DNA of 47,086 bases from Desulfurococcales archaeon (GTDB taxonomy: Archaea > Thermoproteota > Thermoprotei_A > Sulfolobales > NBVN01): assembly GCA_027064885.1 (NCBI GenBank), contig JAMOOZ010000117.1, forward strand, positions 1 through 47,086, written 5' to 3'. A program made the position numbers and the translations under genes. Below the pieces are notes generated by a model. The model was not told the DNA's origin. It was given only the letters and a program-made list of their open reading frames with translations, and did not search any database. Shown here piece by piece: positions 17,493 to 26,847 of the stretch. Numbering within the stretch: position 1 is the stretch's first letter; every line of letters starts with the position of its first letter.

Positions 17493-17668
17493 TCTTCGAG
17501 CACCTTTATTATCTTGTCCAGCTCCTTGTCTGCCTTCTCTACCATGCTCTTGCACTGTTGGCACTCGCCGTTGCCGCCGTTGCTGGGGCAGAAGTCTTGG
17601 CAGTGTAGTATGTCGCATAGCATCTTGCGTATGCTTTCCGCGTCGAATGTCTGGCCAGTCTGGGGCAC
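17462..17668 (-). CDS. Small Cys-rich protein
   Basis: CDILHCQDFC...CQQC, possible Zn binding. Confidence 0.65.
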   Translation of the reverse strand: MPQTGQTFDAESIRKMLCDILHCQDFCPSNGGNGECQQCKSMVEKADKELDKIIKVLEEWEKYTPWPD

Positions 17669-17714
17669 GGGGTCTCACCAGTTCGAGTCTACCGTGGTGG
17701 GGGTGTATAGGGTG

Positions 17715-18038
17715 TTAGGGGGGTTTCCAGTGTAGGCCGAACATTGCTGCTACGAATGATAGAACCATGCCTATGAGCATGAGTACGAACTTGAGCATTC
17801 GGTGGTTTGAGGCGAGCTGCTTTATGTACATGTCCTTGAAGTCGTCGAACTTCCTGTCTAGGTCGTCTAGCTTCTGGCTGAGCATTGCTATGTCCTGCTT
17901 TATTGTTGCTATGGCTTCAACCTCCTTTGACAGTATATCCACGCGCTCCTCAAGCCTGGAGACCCTCTCTCTGAGCTCGGTTATAGCGTCGTATATCTCC
18001 TCGTTTGTGCGCGGGTCTCCGCCGAGTGGCACGGCCAT
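17715..18038 (-). CDS. Coiled-coil protein with C-terminal transmembrane anchor
   Basis: Heptads ITELRERVSRLEERVDIL; TM FVLMLIGMVLSFVAAMFGL. Confidence 0.8.
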   Translation of the reverse strand: MAVPLGGDPRTNEEIYDAITELRERVSRLEERVDILSKEVEAIATIKQDIAMLSQKLDDLDRKFDDFKDMYIKQLASNHRMLKFVLMLIGMVLSFVAAMFGLHWKPP

Positions 18039-18077
18039 CCCCCAGTAGTCTGGGGGGCTGCGGGTAACCTTGTACTG

Positions 18078-18506
18078 TTATGCTCCTAGCTCTGATAGGA
18101 GCTGGGTTAGCGTCTTTGCCCTGTCAAGCTTCTCCTTGTAGAACACGTACCAGACGCCGTTTCTTAGTTCGACCCGCTCGGCCTCGCTCCAGGGGAGTAC
18201 CCTGAAGTCATCCTCGCCCCTCACCTTGACCGCTAGGTAGACTTGGGCTCCAGCCCTCCTGGCATAGTTCATTATGCCCGTGTACTTGTGCTCCTCTATG
18301 TAGATGCTTCGTGGCTTGTCGCGGAGCTTCACCTCGAACATTAGTATCCTGCCAGCCTTGAGTGCTACTATGTCTGGTACGGCCTCGCTGCTCCTGGCGC
18401 CGCTCGCTGGTGCCCTCATGACGCTCCAGCCAGCCTTTTCCAGGCGTTTCTTCAGGCTGTACTCTGCCGTCTTGCCGATGAGTCTTGCTCTGTAGCCGCC
18501 TCTCAC
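18078..18506 (-). CDS. hjc: Archaeal Holliday junction resolvase
   Basis: G..AE..L..L...GW.V.RAPASG...PDIVA...FEVK signature. Confidence 0.92.
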   Translation of the reverse strand: MRGGYRARLIGKTAEYSLKKRLEKAGWSVMRAPASGARSSEAVPDIVALKAGRILMFEVKLRDKPRSIYIEEHKYTGIMNYARRAGAQVYLAVKVRGEDDFRVLPWSEAERVELRNGVWYVFYKEKLDRAKTLTQLLSELGA

Positions 18507-18567
18507 TGCTGCCCCCAGCTGTGCGTGTTAAGCGTGTGTCGGGGTTAAGTGGGGGGAGGGTAATGGT

Positions 18568-19194
18568 GTGGTCGGCGCTGCTGGCTCTTGTGCACGTACG
18601 GTTTATACGGGCGGACACAAATGCTCCTACACGGTGTTACCTTTGTCCGCCGCCGAGCAGGAGCGCGACCTTGCCCTTGAGCTGCTTGAGCGGTATAGGG
18701 GTGTTGGCGGCGGCCTCGGCGGCGGCAGCTATGATGATGTGGACGAGTACGGTTACATAGGTATAGTTGTGGACGTGCTGTTGAGGAGGGGGCACCCAGT
18801 CTACGCCTGCTCGGCGGCCTATAGGTGGTACAGGTACCGTAGGAGCCTCTTCAAGCTCTACTGGAGGCTTAGGAGGAACCATGAGGCGCCCAGGGACTAT
18901 GTGCGGGCTGTTGAGGACGAGCTGCTGATGACCATGCTGGTTCTCGGCGCCTACTTCTACACGTGCGGCGGGAGATTCGCGAGGCTCGCTGGCGAGAACG
19001 GGAAGAGGTGGGCTAGAGACCTCTACGCAGAGCTCGTAGACTGCGCTAAGAGGCTGCACGCCTACATGAGCCCATGCCTACAGTATAGGGAGCAGGGTAG
19101 GCGGATGGTGGAGCGCTGCTGGGCGGCCAGGGCAGAGCGCGCAGCCAGGGGCGCCGACCCACTACTCATAGAGGGCATAATGCGCAAATACTAG
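18568..19194 (+). CDS. Hypothetical protein
   Basis: 208-aa ORF, start uncertain. Confidence 0.6.
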   Translation: MVGAAGSCARTVYTGGHKCSYTVLPLSAAEQERDLALELLERYRGVGGGLGGGSYDDVDEYGYIGIVVDVLLRRGHPVYACSAAYRWYRYRRSLFKLYWRLRRNHEAPRDYVRAVEDELLMTMLVLGAYFYTCGGRFARLAGENGKRWARDLYAELVDCAKRLHAYMSPCLQYREQGRRMVERCWAARAERAARGADPLLIEGIMRKY

Positions 19195-19849
19195 GCCAAA
19201 CCCATTTCGATCCAACAGTTAAACCACCATCTAACCCCTCCCCGCGCCCCACCCCAAAGAGAGAGGAAGAGACAGGTCAGGGATACAGAGGGCAAGGCCA
19301 GAAAGAGCAAGCTAGAAGCATTGAACCAGGAATTAGAGGCCATTGCTCTAAGATACTACTAGAAGATACAAAGCTAAGAGAATTCTTTATAATTATACTT
19401 TAAGGCCCCACGCTCTCCCAGCCCGCCACGGCGTAACACTCACCCGATATTCTTTCACGCTCCATGCGATTCCATGGATTCACCTCCAGGTAAACCAATG
19501 GAAGCCCACACCATCACACCATAGTGGGACAAGCCTCCCACACATCCCATATACCAACACTTAACCAGACAGTAAAACGAGCACCCCATCAGCCCCAAGA
19601 ACCGTCAGACGATACCCAATTCCGCCCCGCATACTCCCACAGTACAGAACACCAGTGAAAAAGTATAGTGTAATACTGAAAGATGGCTAGCGAGCTCTAA
19701 CACTTCACGCTATACGCTTATACTTGCGTAGGGTTTACAGACCAGTAACCCTATGGATTAGAATGAGGCTCTGATGTGGGGTGTATACCCCAGCCTAGGA
19801 CTGCATACCAGGGAGAAGAAGCGGGTATACCCTATGAGGATCGATTAGG
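19195..19849. other. Long non-coding A/C-rich region between convergent genes (candidate origin)
   Basis: About 650 nt without a credible ORF; shares motifs with 1-350. Confidence 0.5.
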
Positions 19850-20440
19850 CTATAGCGGTGGGCCAGGCGGGGAAGACGAGCCCAACCCTATGGCTGGGGC
19901 TAGGAGGCTCTTTACCGAGAGGAGGAGCGAGTGGAGAACGTCGAAAAGCTCCTTGAGCCTGCCAGAGCTCTTAGACTTGTTTAGAACGTTCATGAGGCCG
20001 TTAACCCTCTTCTCCAGGTAGCCCTGTATTATCCTGGCGGCCTCAAGCACGTCAACAACCTTCACAAGGGCCTCCGCTAGAACCTTCCTGGCCCCTACGG
20101 TTGTCCTCCTCGCCCTCTCGCTCGCGGCCAGTATCAGCTTGGTAACGTCCCTGTACGGCGGAGCCTTCCTCGCAACCTCCCTGTTAAGCCTGGCCAGCAT
20201 CCGCTGCACATCCCTTGGGCTCAGCGGCCTGCTCTCCTGCGCTGTAACGTACATTGCTAGAACCCATGGCCTGCTGTGGGGCAGGTCGAACTGTATGATA
20301 ACCACTCGCCTATCCTCGCTAGTGTCAATGTTGACCTTGGCGACTGGCTTGTATGGCCTGATAGCCCTGACTAGGGGTAGGAGCAGGCTATTACTCGCGG
20401 AGATAACCTTTTTAAGGGCCTCCCTACTCCACCTACCCAT
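19850..20440 (-). CDS. Basic protein, possibly a degenerate restriction-endonuclease-like fold
   Basis: LSPRDVQRM..KLILA..TVGARKVL..VKVV resembles the Mrr-type C-terminal pattern; no clear catalytic motif. Confidence 0.45.
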   Translation of the reverse strand: MGRWSREALKKVISASNSLLLPLVRAIRPYKPVAKVNIDTSEDRRVVIIQFDLPHSRPWVLAMYVTAQESRPLSPRDVQRMLARLNREVARKAPPYRDVTKLILAASERARRTTVGARKVLAEALVKVVDVLEAARIIQGYLEKRVNGLMNVLNKSKSSGRLKELFDVLHSLLLSVKSLLAPAIGLGSSSPPGPPL

Positions 20441-20517
20441 GGCTGTCGCCCTCGTTCTTGTTGGGTTTGGGGTGTTGTGGCGGGTCGGGTCTCGGGCCCC
20501 ACCCCCTCCCTCTCCCT

Positions 20518-20817
20518 CTAAGCGCCAAACCTTGCTGCAACCCTCCGCATAATCGCCTGGGCCCTGAATGCGTCCATCACCTCCTCCGCCAGCTGCTTTG
20601 CAATCCTCCTACGCTCGTCGGGGTCTAGCTCGGGGTGCTTCATCTTAACAACTGTCTCTACCACCTCATATACGCTCTGCGCCACTTCCCGCTCGTCAGC
20701 CCTGCCGCTGGCGTAGACGTATGACAGGTACATTAGAGTCCTAGCTATCTCCATCCTCACCTCGGTGTCGTCTATACCGCTGATAAGGTTGAGTATGACC
20801 TGCTGGACGGTGGGCAT
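20518..20817 (-). CDS. Hypothetical helical protein
   Basis: 99-aa ORF in operon. Confidence 0.75.
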   Translation of the reverse strand: MPTVQQVILNLISGIDDTEVRMEIARTLMYLSYVYASGRADEREVAQSVYEVVETVVKMKHPELDPDERRRIAKQLAEEVMDAFRAQAIMRRVAARFGA

Positions 20818-20818
20818 G

Positions 20819-20974
20819 CTACACGCTCACCCCCAGCTCCTCCAGAGCCTTTACTAGAGCCCGCGCAACGATATCTTCTACCCTCAGCCCCGTCTCGCTG
20901 GCAGCCCGCTCCAGCGCCTCGTAAAGCTTCCTGGGCACCCTAACCTCAAGAACAACTATCGGGGACTCAGCCAT
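20819..20974 (-). CDS. Ribbon-helix-helix protein (51 aa, not in the ORF track)
   Basis: Read from sequence: MAESPIVVLEVRVPRKLYEALERAASETGLRVEDIVARALVKALEELGVSV. Confidence 0.8.
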   Translation of the reverse strand: MAESPIVVLEVRVPRKLYEALERAASETGLRVEDIVARALVKALEELGVSV

Positions 20975-20999
20975 CCCCGAGCCCCCGTCTACTCTACCC

Positions 21000-21542
21000 C
21001 TACAGGCCCTCTATTTCAATCTCAACCCTGGGCCTCGGCCCAGCGGGACGCTCCTCCCTCCTCTCCTCCTCTCTGCGCTCCTCGCCCCCACCAGCCTCTC
21101 CACCCTGGGCTCCAGCCTCGCCAGCAGCCTCAGCCTCCTCCTCACCGCCAGCCTCCGCCAGGTACTCCTGCAATATGTCGTCGAACCTGCCCTCCCCACC
21201 AACCTCACTCCACTTATACATGTACTGCTCCGCACGCCGAATATTGTACTGCATCTGCCTCAGCATACGCGCAAACTTAGCCTTCCTCCTAATCTGCTCC
21301 TCAAGCCACCACTCAGGCACCTCTACGGTAACGGATAACACAAACTTATCCCTCTCCTTATTAGTGCCAATACTGTACGAGAGAACAACACCCTTCTCCA
21401 CCAGTTCACGAATCCTATACTGGGCAAACCTTGAGATCACTTCCAACGCGCGCATAACAATCACGTCCACCTGACGCAAAACAAGCTTTTTCAGGAATTC
21501 CCTCTCCTTGGGCGTTATCGACTCACTCAACATATCACCCAA
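21000..21542 (-). CDS. Hypothetical protein with acidic low-complexity tail
   Basis: Likely ATG at 21533 after GGTGA SD; Glu/Gly/Ala-rich C-terminus. Confidence 0.75.
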   Translation of the reverse strand: MGDMLSESITPKEREFLKKLVLRQVDVIVMRALEVISRFAQYRIRELVEKGVVLSYSIGTNKERDKFVLSVTVEVPEWWLEEQIRRKAKFARMLRQMQYNIRRAEQYMYKWSEVGGEGRFDDILQEYLAEAGGEEEAEAAGEAGAQGGEAGGGEERREEERREERPAGPRPRVEIEIEGL

Positions 21543-21663
21543 CCAAACACTCTTTCAAATCAAGAGCAATAAACAGTCCATATTACCAATGTATAACGTT
21601 ATGTGCCGCACCCACTAATATACCCGAGGACAGGTGTCCGCGCGTCCAGGAGGTGGGTAGAAC

Positions 21664-22038
21664 ATGCCCCTATATAGAGCTGGCATAGACATGTTCAAGA
21701 AGTACGAGAAGAAGTTCAACCCGACAGTAATCGGCACAAGGTTCACAGACGTCAGAGACCTAGCGCTTGAGAGGGCCCAGGAGGGTCTGATAACGGTCGG
21801 CACCATCAGAGACCTCGTAAGGCCAATACTTGACCAGTACGGTGTAACTGGCGGCCTCAGGGCAACCTACCTAGCCTTCGCGCTGGCACTAGCCAGGCAC
21901 ATGTTCCGCCAGAAGGGCGACGCCGCAAAGAAGATAGCAACAGCCCTCAAGAGCTACTACGCCAGCGCCTACGACCTAGACCCAGCCATACTCGACGAGA
22001 TAATCAACGTGGTTACGGGCTGGGTAGCGCCCTACTAA
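21664..22038 (+). CDS. Major capsid protein, SIRV2/rudivirus (Adnaviria) type
   Basis: KKFNPTV...ILDQYGVTGGLRATYLAF...LKSYYASAYDLDPAILDEIINVVTG aligns by eye with the SIRV2 MCP pattern; strong GGAGGTG SD; T-tract after. Confidence 0.9.
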   Translation: MPLYRAGIDMFKKYEKKFNPTVIGTRFTDVRDLALERAQEGLITVGTIRDLVRPILDQYGVTGGLRATYLAFALALARHMFRQKGDAAKKIATALKSYYASAYDLDPAILDEIINVVTGWVAPY

Positions 22039-22068
22039 CGCTAGCACATAAAACGATCCGACTCCAAG

Positions 22069-22078
22069 CTCTTTTTTC
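22069..22078 (+). terminator. Oligo-T terminator after MCP
   Basis: T-tract about 30 nt after the stop. Confidence 0.55.
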
Positions 22079-22176
22079 CGCTCACACCATCCGTATACAA
22101 ATATCATACTTGCCCGTCCTCCCCCCTACACCCTAAATCCCATCTCCATGCCCATCCTAGCCTACGGTGCACGGGC

Positions 22177-22749
22177 GTGTCTGCAACCGAGAAAGACCTA
22201 TCAGACGTCCTTAGCGCGCTCTGCGAGGTAGACAAGGAGCTCATGGATATGGCTAGGTGGCTCCACAGGATAGCCAACATAGTGGATGGCCTGGTAAGCC
22301 TGGTAGAATGCGACGACCCCTCATTCTGCGACAGCAGGGCCAGCAAGCTGCTGAGAAAGATAGCCTCAGTCAAGCGGCTCCTAGAGAGGGTTAGAACCAG
22401 CAACCCAGGCAACCTGCTTGACAGGCTCCCATACGGCTGGTACGCCAACATAGACTGGAAAAAAATGCGGCTAGTATCAATAGCGAACAAGGAGTTCCCA
22501 GGCGAGCTCCACATACACCTAGACCTAAGCCTACCGCTAGACGAGCAGGCACTCAAAACCATAGAGGAGAAGGTCATGGCAGAGCTCAAGAGGCTTGTTG
22601 AGATGATACCAGAGGAGGCGGCAGACACCCTCAACACACTGATAAACATGATGAAACACATACAAAGCAAGCTACAGTACATGGAGGAGGAGATAGACGC
22701 GCTACACACAAGAGTAAACATGCTGGCAGCAAGAATATTGGAGGGTTAG
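22177..22749 (+). CDS. Hypothetical coiled-coil protein
   Basis: 190-aa ORF, heptads at both ends. Confidence 0.7.
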   Translation: MSATEKDLSDVLSALCEVDKELMDMARWLHRIANIVDGLVSLVECDDPSFCDSRASKLLRKIASVKRLLERVRTSNPGNLLDRLPYGWYANIDWKKMRLVSIANKEFPGELHIHLDLSLPLDEQALKTIEEKVMAELKRLVEMIPEEAADTLNTLINMMKHIQSKLQYMEEEIDALHTRVNMLAARILEG

Positions 22750-22909
22750 GCCCTGCCAGCTACACACCTGACAAAACACTCTATGTTGAGCCTGCCAAGC
22801 TCGTCGAGACACCTACGCCAGCAGCCAGCACGCGACCTGGCAGCCCTCACATACTCCCCGTACAGTTTTTCAGAAGCCACGTCGGCAAGCTCCCTAGCCC
22901 GCACACCAC

Positions 22910-23374
22910 TCACCCCCACTGACACCTTGCTATGGCCCTCTTATCGAACCTCTCAACCTCGACGTCGACGCTGATACCAAGGTGCTGTGCTGCCTCACAA
23001 AGCCACTTTGGAAGGTCGACGTAGAACCCGTTCTTGTCAACGTACTTCTCGCACCACTCCTCCTTAGCCCTCCTCACAGCCTCCCCTGCAACTATCAGCA
23101 GTGCGGTGGTCTCAATGGCGTTCCTTCCAGGCGTTGGCGCCATCTTATGTATGCACTCCTCCATAGCCTGCCACTTGGCAACAGTAACACGTTCCCTGAT
23201 GCTGCCCACGACTATCCTTCTGGCACACTCTGGACACACAGCATTCCTCCTAAGGTACGGCCCGTCCCTGTAGACCCACAGCCAGTACTCCTCACCCTTG
23301 CTAATCTCTCTGCCGCAAAGCCTACACTTCATTCTGCGCTTGGCTGTTTTGGGCCCTTCTAGCCACTCAGCCAT
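22910..23374 (-). CDS. Zn-finger-containing protein
   Basis: Likely start MAEWLEG at 23374; CRLC...CPEC. Confidence 0.7.
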   Translation of the reverse strand: MAEWLEGPKTAKRRMKCRLCGREISKGEEYWLWVYRDGPYLRRNAVCPECARRIVVGSIRERVTVAKWQAMEECIHKMAPTPGRNAIETTALLIVAGEAVRRAKEEWCEKYVDKNGFYVDLPKWLCEAAQHLGISVDVEVERFDKRAIARCQWG

Positions 23375-24066
23375 CACTTGCCCCCTCCTAGGCACTTCTC
23401 TAGCAGCTGCTTGTTGTCGAAGACGTACCACGGTATCTTGAAGAGCTTGCCGACGCCGTAGATGTAGTAGTAGACTTCTGGCAGCAGCCGCTTCTTGCAG
23501 CTCATAGCTATCCACTCCATCTCGTCTGACACTGGCTCGCAGCCCTCAACATGCCTGTGCAGTACAACCACCGTCATCACATTCTTGGTTACTACAGCCC
23601 CGACAATCTTCTCAACCTCCCTATCATTCCTTATGATGTCGACGATATCGTCCTCGTGCCTGTTGAACTCTACTGGCACGGCAGCACCGCAGCGCGCAAG
23701 CCTGTATATCATGTCTATAGCCTTCCTCGGCACCTCTATTGGCAGCCATAGCGTCGGCGCCCTAATCGAGAGCCAGGCTATAGTGTCCACGAGCTCTAGC
23801 AGCTGGTAGGGGTCTAAGTCCAGCACATCCTCGCTGTACACAAACTCGGCGTCATCAGCGTCGACAACATAGCAGATATCGCTGTCCTTATAGGCCACGC
23901 TAAGACTCCTGGTTCTAGGGTCAGCGTACACTACCGCGATGCCGAACCAGTTCTCTACCATAGCAAGCCTCGAAGCCAGAGGCTGGAAGCTCCCACGCAC
24001 ACAGTCGCCAATACGCGGGTAGGGCACATCAATATCAGCTAGAACAGTTATCTTAGGCTCAACCAT
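23374..24066 (-). CDS. Hypothetical protein
   Basis: 230-aa ORF translationally coupled to neighbours. Confidence 0.75.
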   Translation of the reverse strand: MVEPKITVLADIDVPYPRIGDCVRGSFQPLASRLAMVENWFGIAVVYADPRTRSLSVAYKDSDICYVVDADDAEFVYSEDVLDLDPYQLLELVDTIAWLSIRAPTLWLPIEVPRKAIDMIYRLARCGAAVPVEFNRHEDDIVDIIRNDREVEKIVGAVVTKNVMTVVVLHRHVEGCEPVSDEMEWIAMSCKKRLLPEVYYYIYGVGKLFKIPWYVFDNKQLLEKCLGGGK

Positions 24067-24280
24067 GCCCGCTCACACCCCACTCCCTAAGCTCGGGCAC
24101 AATCTCCGAGAGAAAACGGGCAACATAACGTGGAATCGGCAGCCTCTCGGGCCTAGAGAAAAACGGTGGAATGTAGACAACCCTCTTTCTAGGGCCGTAC
24201 AGGACTAGGCCTACAAGGCCCCCAGGAAGCACGCGATAGTATATGCGCCAGTGGCCCAGCTCCACACGGCCCACCCCCAC
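24059..24280 (-). CDS. Hypothetical protein
   Basis: 73-aa ORF in operon. Confidence 0.6.
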   Translation of the reverse strand: MGVGRVELGHWRIYYRVLPGGLVGLVLYGPRKRVVYIPPFFSRPERLPIPRYVARFLSEIVPELREWGVSGHG

Positions 24281-24318
24281 AAAGTAGAATTGGATCGAAA
24301 AAACTGACGGGGGAAAGG

Positions 24319-25563
24319 TTAGTCGTACCTTGTCCTCTCATCCCTCTGGTATAGCTCGCGTAGCAGGCTCACTTGCTCCTCCTTGGCCTCGGCACCCTTT
24401 TCTAGTGCCCTCGCTATTCTCTCCAAGAGCTCGTAGAGCTTGCTGTAGTCTCTGCGGATTGCCTCGGCTACCACCTGGTCGCTCACCAGGTGCGCCGCGC
24501 TCGGCAGCCTACCCTCTATCCTCCTGAACACCTCAACAGCAACCCTCATGGCCTCGCTGTAGTCGTTGAACCTGACGCTGACGTAGTTCTCGTGGCCTAC
24601 GACGCGGCCCTGCGGCGCCATCCTCGCTATTATGTCCCTGACTATCTCCTCGGCTGTTGCTGGGTAGTCGCTGAGCCAATACTTTATCACGCGGACGTCG
24701 TAGCCCTCTACACTCTTGGTGCGTGGGTTGTATCCTGGAACCACTGCTACGATGAAGTGTTTACGAGCCCTCATTGCCAGCTGCTCCATAGTCTTCGGCA
24801 CCCACATACTGGTGGTCGCTGGGTCTAGCCTGCTGAAGTCTACGAGTAGCGCTATGTCGCCAACCCGCTCTACGTGTACCTGGCCAGCTATCCTCTCTGG
24901 CGGATACTCCACGTTCACCTGCTCCAGCATGGATACACCGTACTCGCTGAGCATCCTAGCCAGCTCCGCCTGGTCGCTGGCATTTACCAGGCCTGGCTGC
25001 CTCACCAGTATGTCTAGCTTGTTAGCTAGTGGCATGTAGCGCCTCTCTAGCTCCTCCCTCGGCACCACCTTCGCTATCGCTGGGTCGCGGTCGGCCACGA
25101 TGCCAACAATTGCCAGCTCCTTGGCAGTGTCCTCGCTGAACAACTCCAGCGCCACAGCCATCTGCACGGCGTCAGCAGTTATGATGGGAGTTATGCCACG
25201 CTGTATCATAGCCTCCACATGAGGTACCGAAGTCTCGTGGTGGTCGTAATACCTTACTGGCTGCGGCAGCTTAGCCAGCGCCTCTATGAACGCTGCTGGC
25301 GCCTGCACGTTTACTGGTATGTCTATGACCTCGGTGCCCCTAACGCTCTCGTACTGCTCTGCTATCTTGGCGAAGGTCTCTGCTGCGGCTCTCGGGGTGG
25401 TGTCTGGGAACTTAGCGTAGCCTAGCACGTTTTCGCCGCGCTGCCTCAGTATTCTAAGCCTGGCCGCCAGGGTTGCAACGCCGTGCGCGTCTGGGCCCGC
25501 TATTACGATTCTATCGTAGGCCTGACGCTTGGGGGTTTGGGTGTATGCGAGGGCTAGGGCCAC
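24319..25563 (-). CDS. DHH-family phosphoesterase-like protein
   Basis: DAHG, VIDIP, YYDHH, VADRD and GH motifs; own TATA (TTTATATA) and GAGGTGA SD. Confidence 0.7.
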   Translation of the reverse strand: MALALAYTQTPKRQAYDRIVIAGPDAHGVATLAARLRILRQRGENVLGYAKFPDTTPRAAAETFAKIAEQYESVRGTEVIDIPVNVQAPAAFIEALAKLPQPVRYYDHHETSVPHVEAMIQRGITPIITADAVQMAVALELFSEDTAKELAIVGIVADRDPAIAKVVPREELERRYMPLANKLDILVRQPGLVNASDQAELARMLSEYGVSMLEQVNVEYPPERIAGQVHVERVGDIALLVDFSRLDPATTSMWVPKTMEQLAMRARKHFIVAVVPGYNPRTKSVEGYDVRVIKYWLSDYPATAEEIVRDIIARMAPQGRVVGHENYVSVRFNDYSEAMRVAVEVFRRIEGRLPSAAHLVSDQVVAEAIRRDYSKLYELLERIARALEKGAEAKEEQVSLLRELYQRDERTRYD

Positions 25564-25789
25564 GACCTCTCACCTCGGGGTCTTGGTCTGGGTTCTGGCC
25601 GTGTAGTGTACTTGTGTACGGAGCTATATAAATGTTTGTACACATGGCCTCTTGTGTATAGGCATATATATCGGCCCGTGTGCAGGAGCAGCGTCCGCAA
25701 CGTTTAACGTTACGCTACCCTTTCCCGTCTGGGCCCTGTACCTTATAGCTGCCGCTCCTAGCCAACGCCCCCTTCGAGGTGGGGCGGCT

Positions 25790-26845
25790 GTGAAGATTGC
25801 ACTCGTAACCTCCAGGGCCACCTCGCTCATGGAGGTTGCCAGGGCCATAGCCTACGTCGCCCGTAGGCGTGGCTTGCAGCCAGTCATACTGGAGTACGCC
25901 CCCTCTCCAGTCGACATGAAGCGGATGGCTGGCATGGTCATAGTTGTCATGACGATGAACCCGCTGCTCTCCAGGAGCTGGTTCCTCGCAGCCAGGGACT
26001 ACAACAAGGAGAACATACCGTCATGGATATACACCACCACCGAGGGCAGGCTCCCCAAACGCTACGTCAAACCGTGGATGCAGCGAGACCTAGTCTTCAT
26101 AGCCAACAGCCAGTACACCCGCGAGAAGCTTGAGGAGGCAGGGCTAACCGTTGTCGACGTAGTCCCACACGGGATCGTTATGAGTGAGGTGGAGCAGGCA
26201 GTCAAGCTTGCAGAGACCGCCAGAAAACACCTTGAGTCTAGGCTGGGGAGCGGAGTCTACTACGTAACAGTGGCCAGCAGCCACCGCCGCAAGGGCCACG
26301 AGCTCTACGCCAGAGCCATAATGCTGGCCCGCCAGGAGTGCGAGGAGTGCAAGTTCTACATTCTAACAGGGCAGGAGGCAACAGTGTACTACAGCGACAT
26401 CGAAGGAGTCTACGTCGACCCAAGGTTCGGCCAGCTCTCAAGAATGGAGGTTCTAGCCCTCATGGCGGCAGCGGACTGGTACGTGCAGCCCAGCCTCGCA
26501 GAGGGCTTCGGCCTACCAGTGCTTGAGGCCCAGGCAGTCGGAACCCCATGCATACACCCAGCCTACCCGCCGCTCACAGAGCACAGCCACAAGGACAACC
26601 TGTGGGTGCCCTACGAGCAGGTCATATACGACCCCATGGGCGAGGGTATAGAGTACGAGCTGCACATCTACAGGGCCGACGAGATGGCAAAAACGATACT
26701 CAAAGCCTACGACATAACCGTAAACAAGAAGGACGAGTACAAGGCACTGTCCGAGAGGGTCAGGGAGCACGCCAAGCAGTACGACGCGGAGAAGGTCTAC
26801 GGACGCTTATTGGACTCTATCTCGGAAGTAGAGGAACTGGGGTGA
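25790..26845 (+). CDS. GT4 (GT-B) glycosyltransferase
   Basis: IANS..T, VVPHG, RKG, PSLAEGFGLPVLEA; GTG at 25790 after GAGGTGG. Confidence 0.92.
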   Translation: MKIALVTSRATSLMEVARAIAYVARRRGLQPVILEYAPSPVDMKRMAGMVIVVMTMNPLLSRSWFLAARDYNKENIPSWIYTTTEGRLPKRYVKPWMQRDLVFIANSQYTREKLEEAGLTVVDVVPHGIVMSEVEQAVKLAETARKHLESRLGSGVYYVTVASSHRRKGHELYARAIMLARQECEECKFYILTGQEATVYYSDIEGVYVDPRFGQLSRMEVLALMAAADWYVQPSLAEGFGLPVLEAQAVGTPCIHPAYPPLTEHSHKDNLWVPYEQVIYDPMGEGIEYELHIYRADEMAKTILKAYDITVNKKDEYKALSERVREHAKQYDAEKVYGRLLDSISEVEELG

Positions 26846-26847
26846 GC

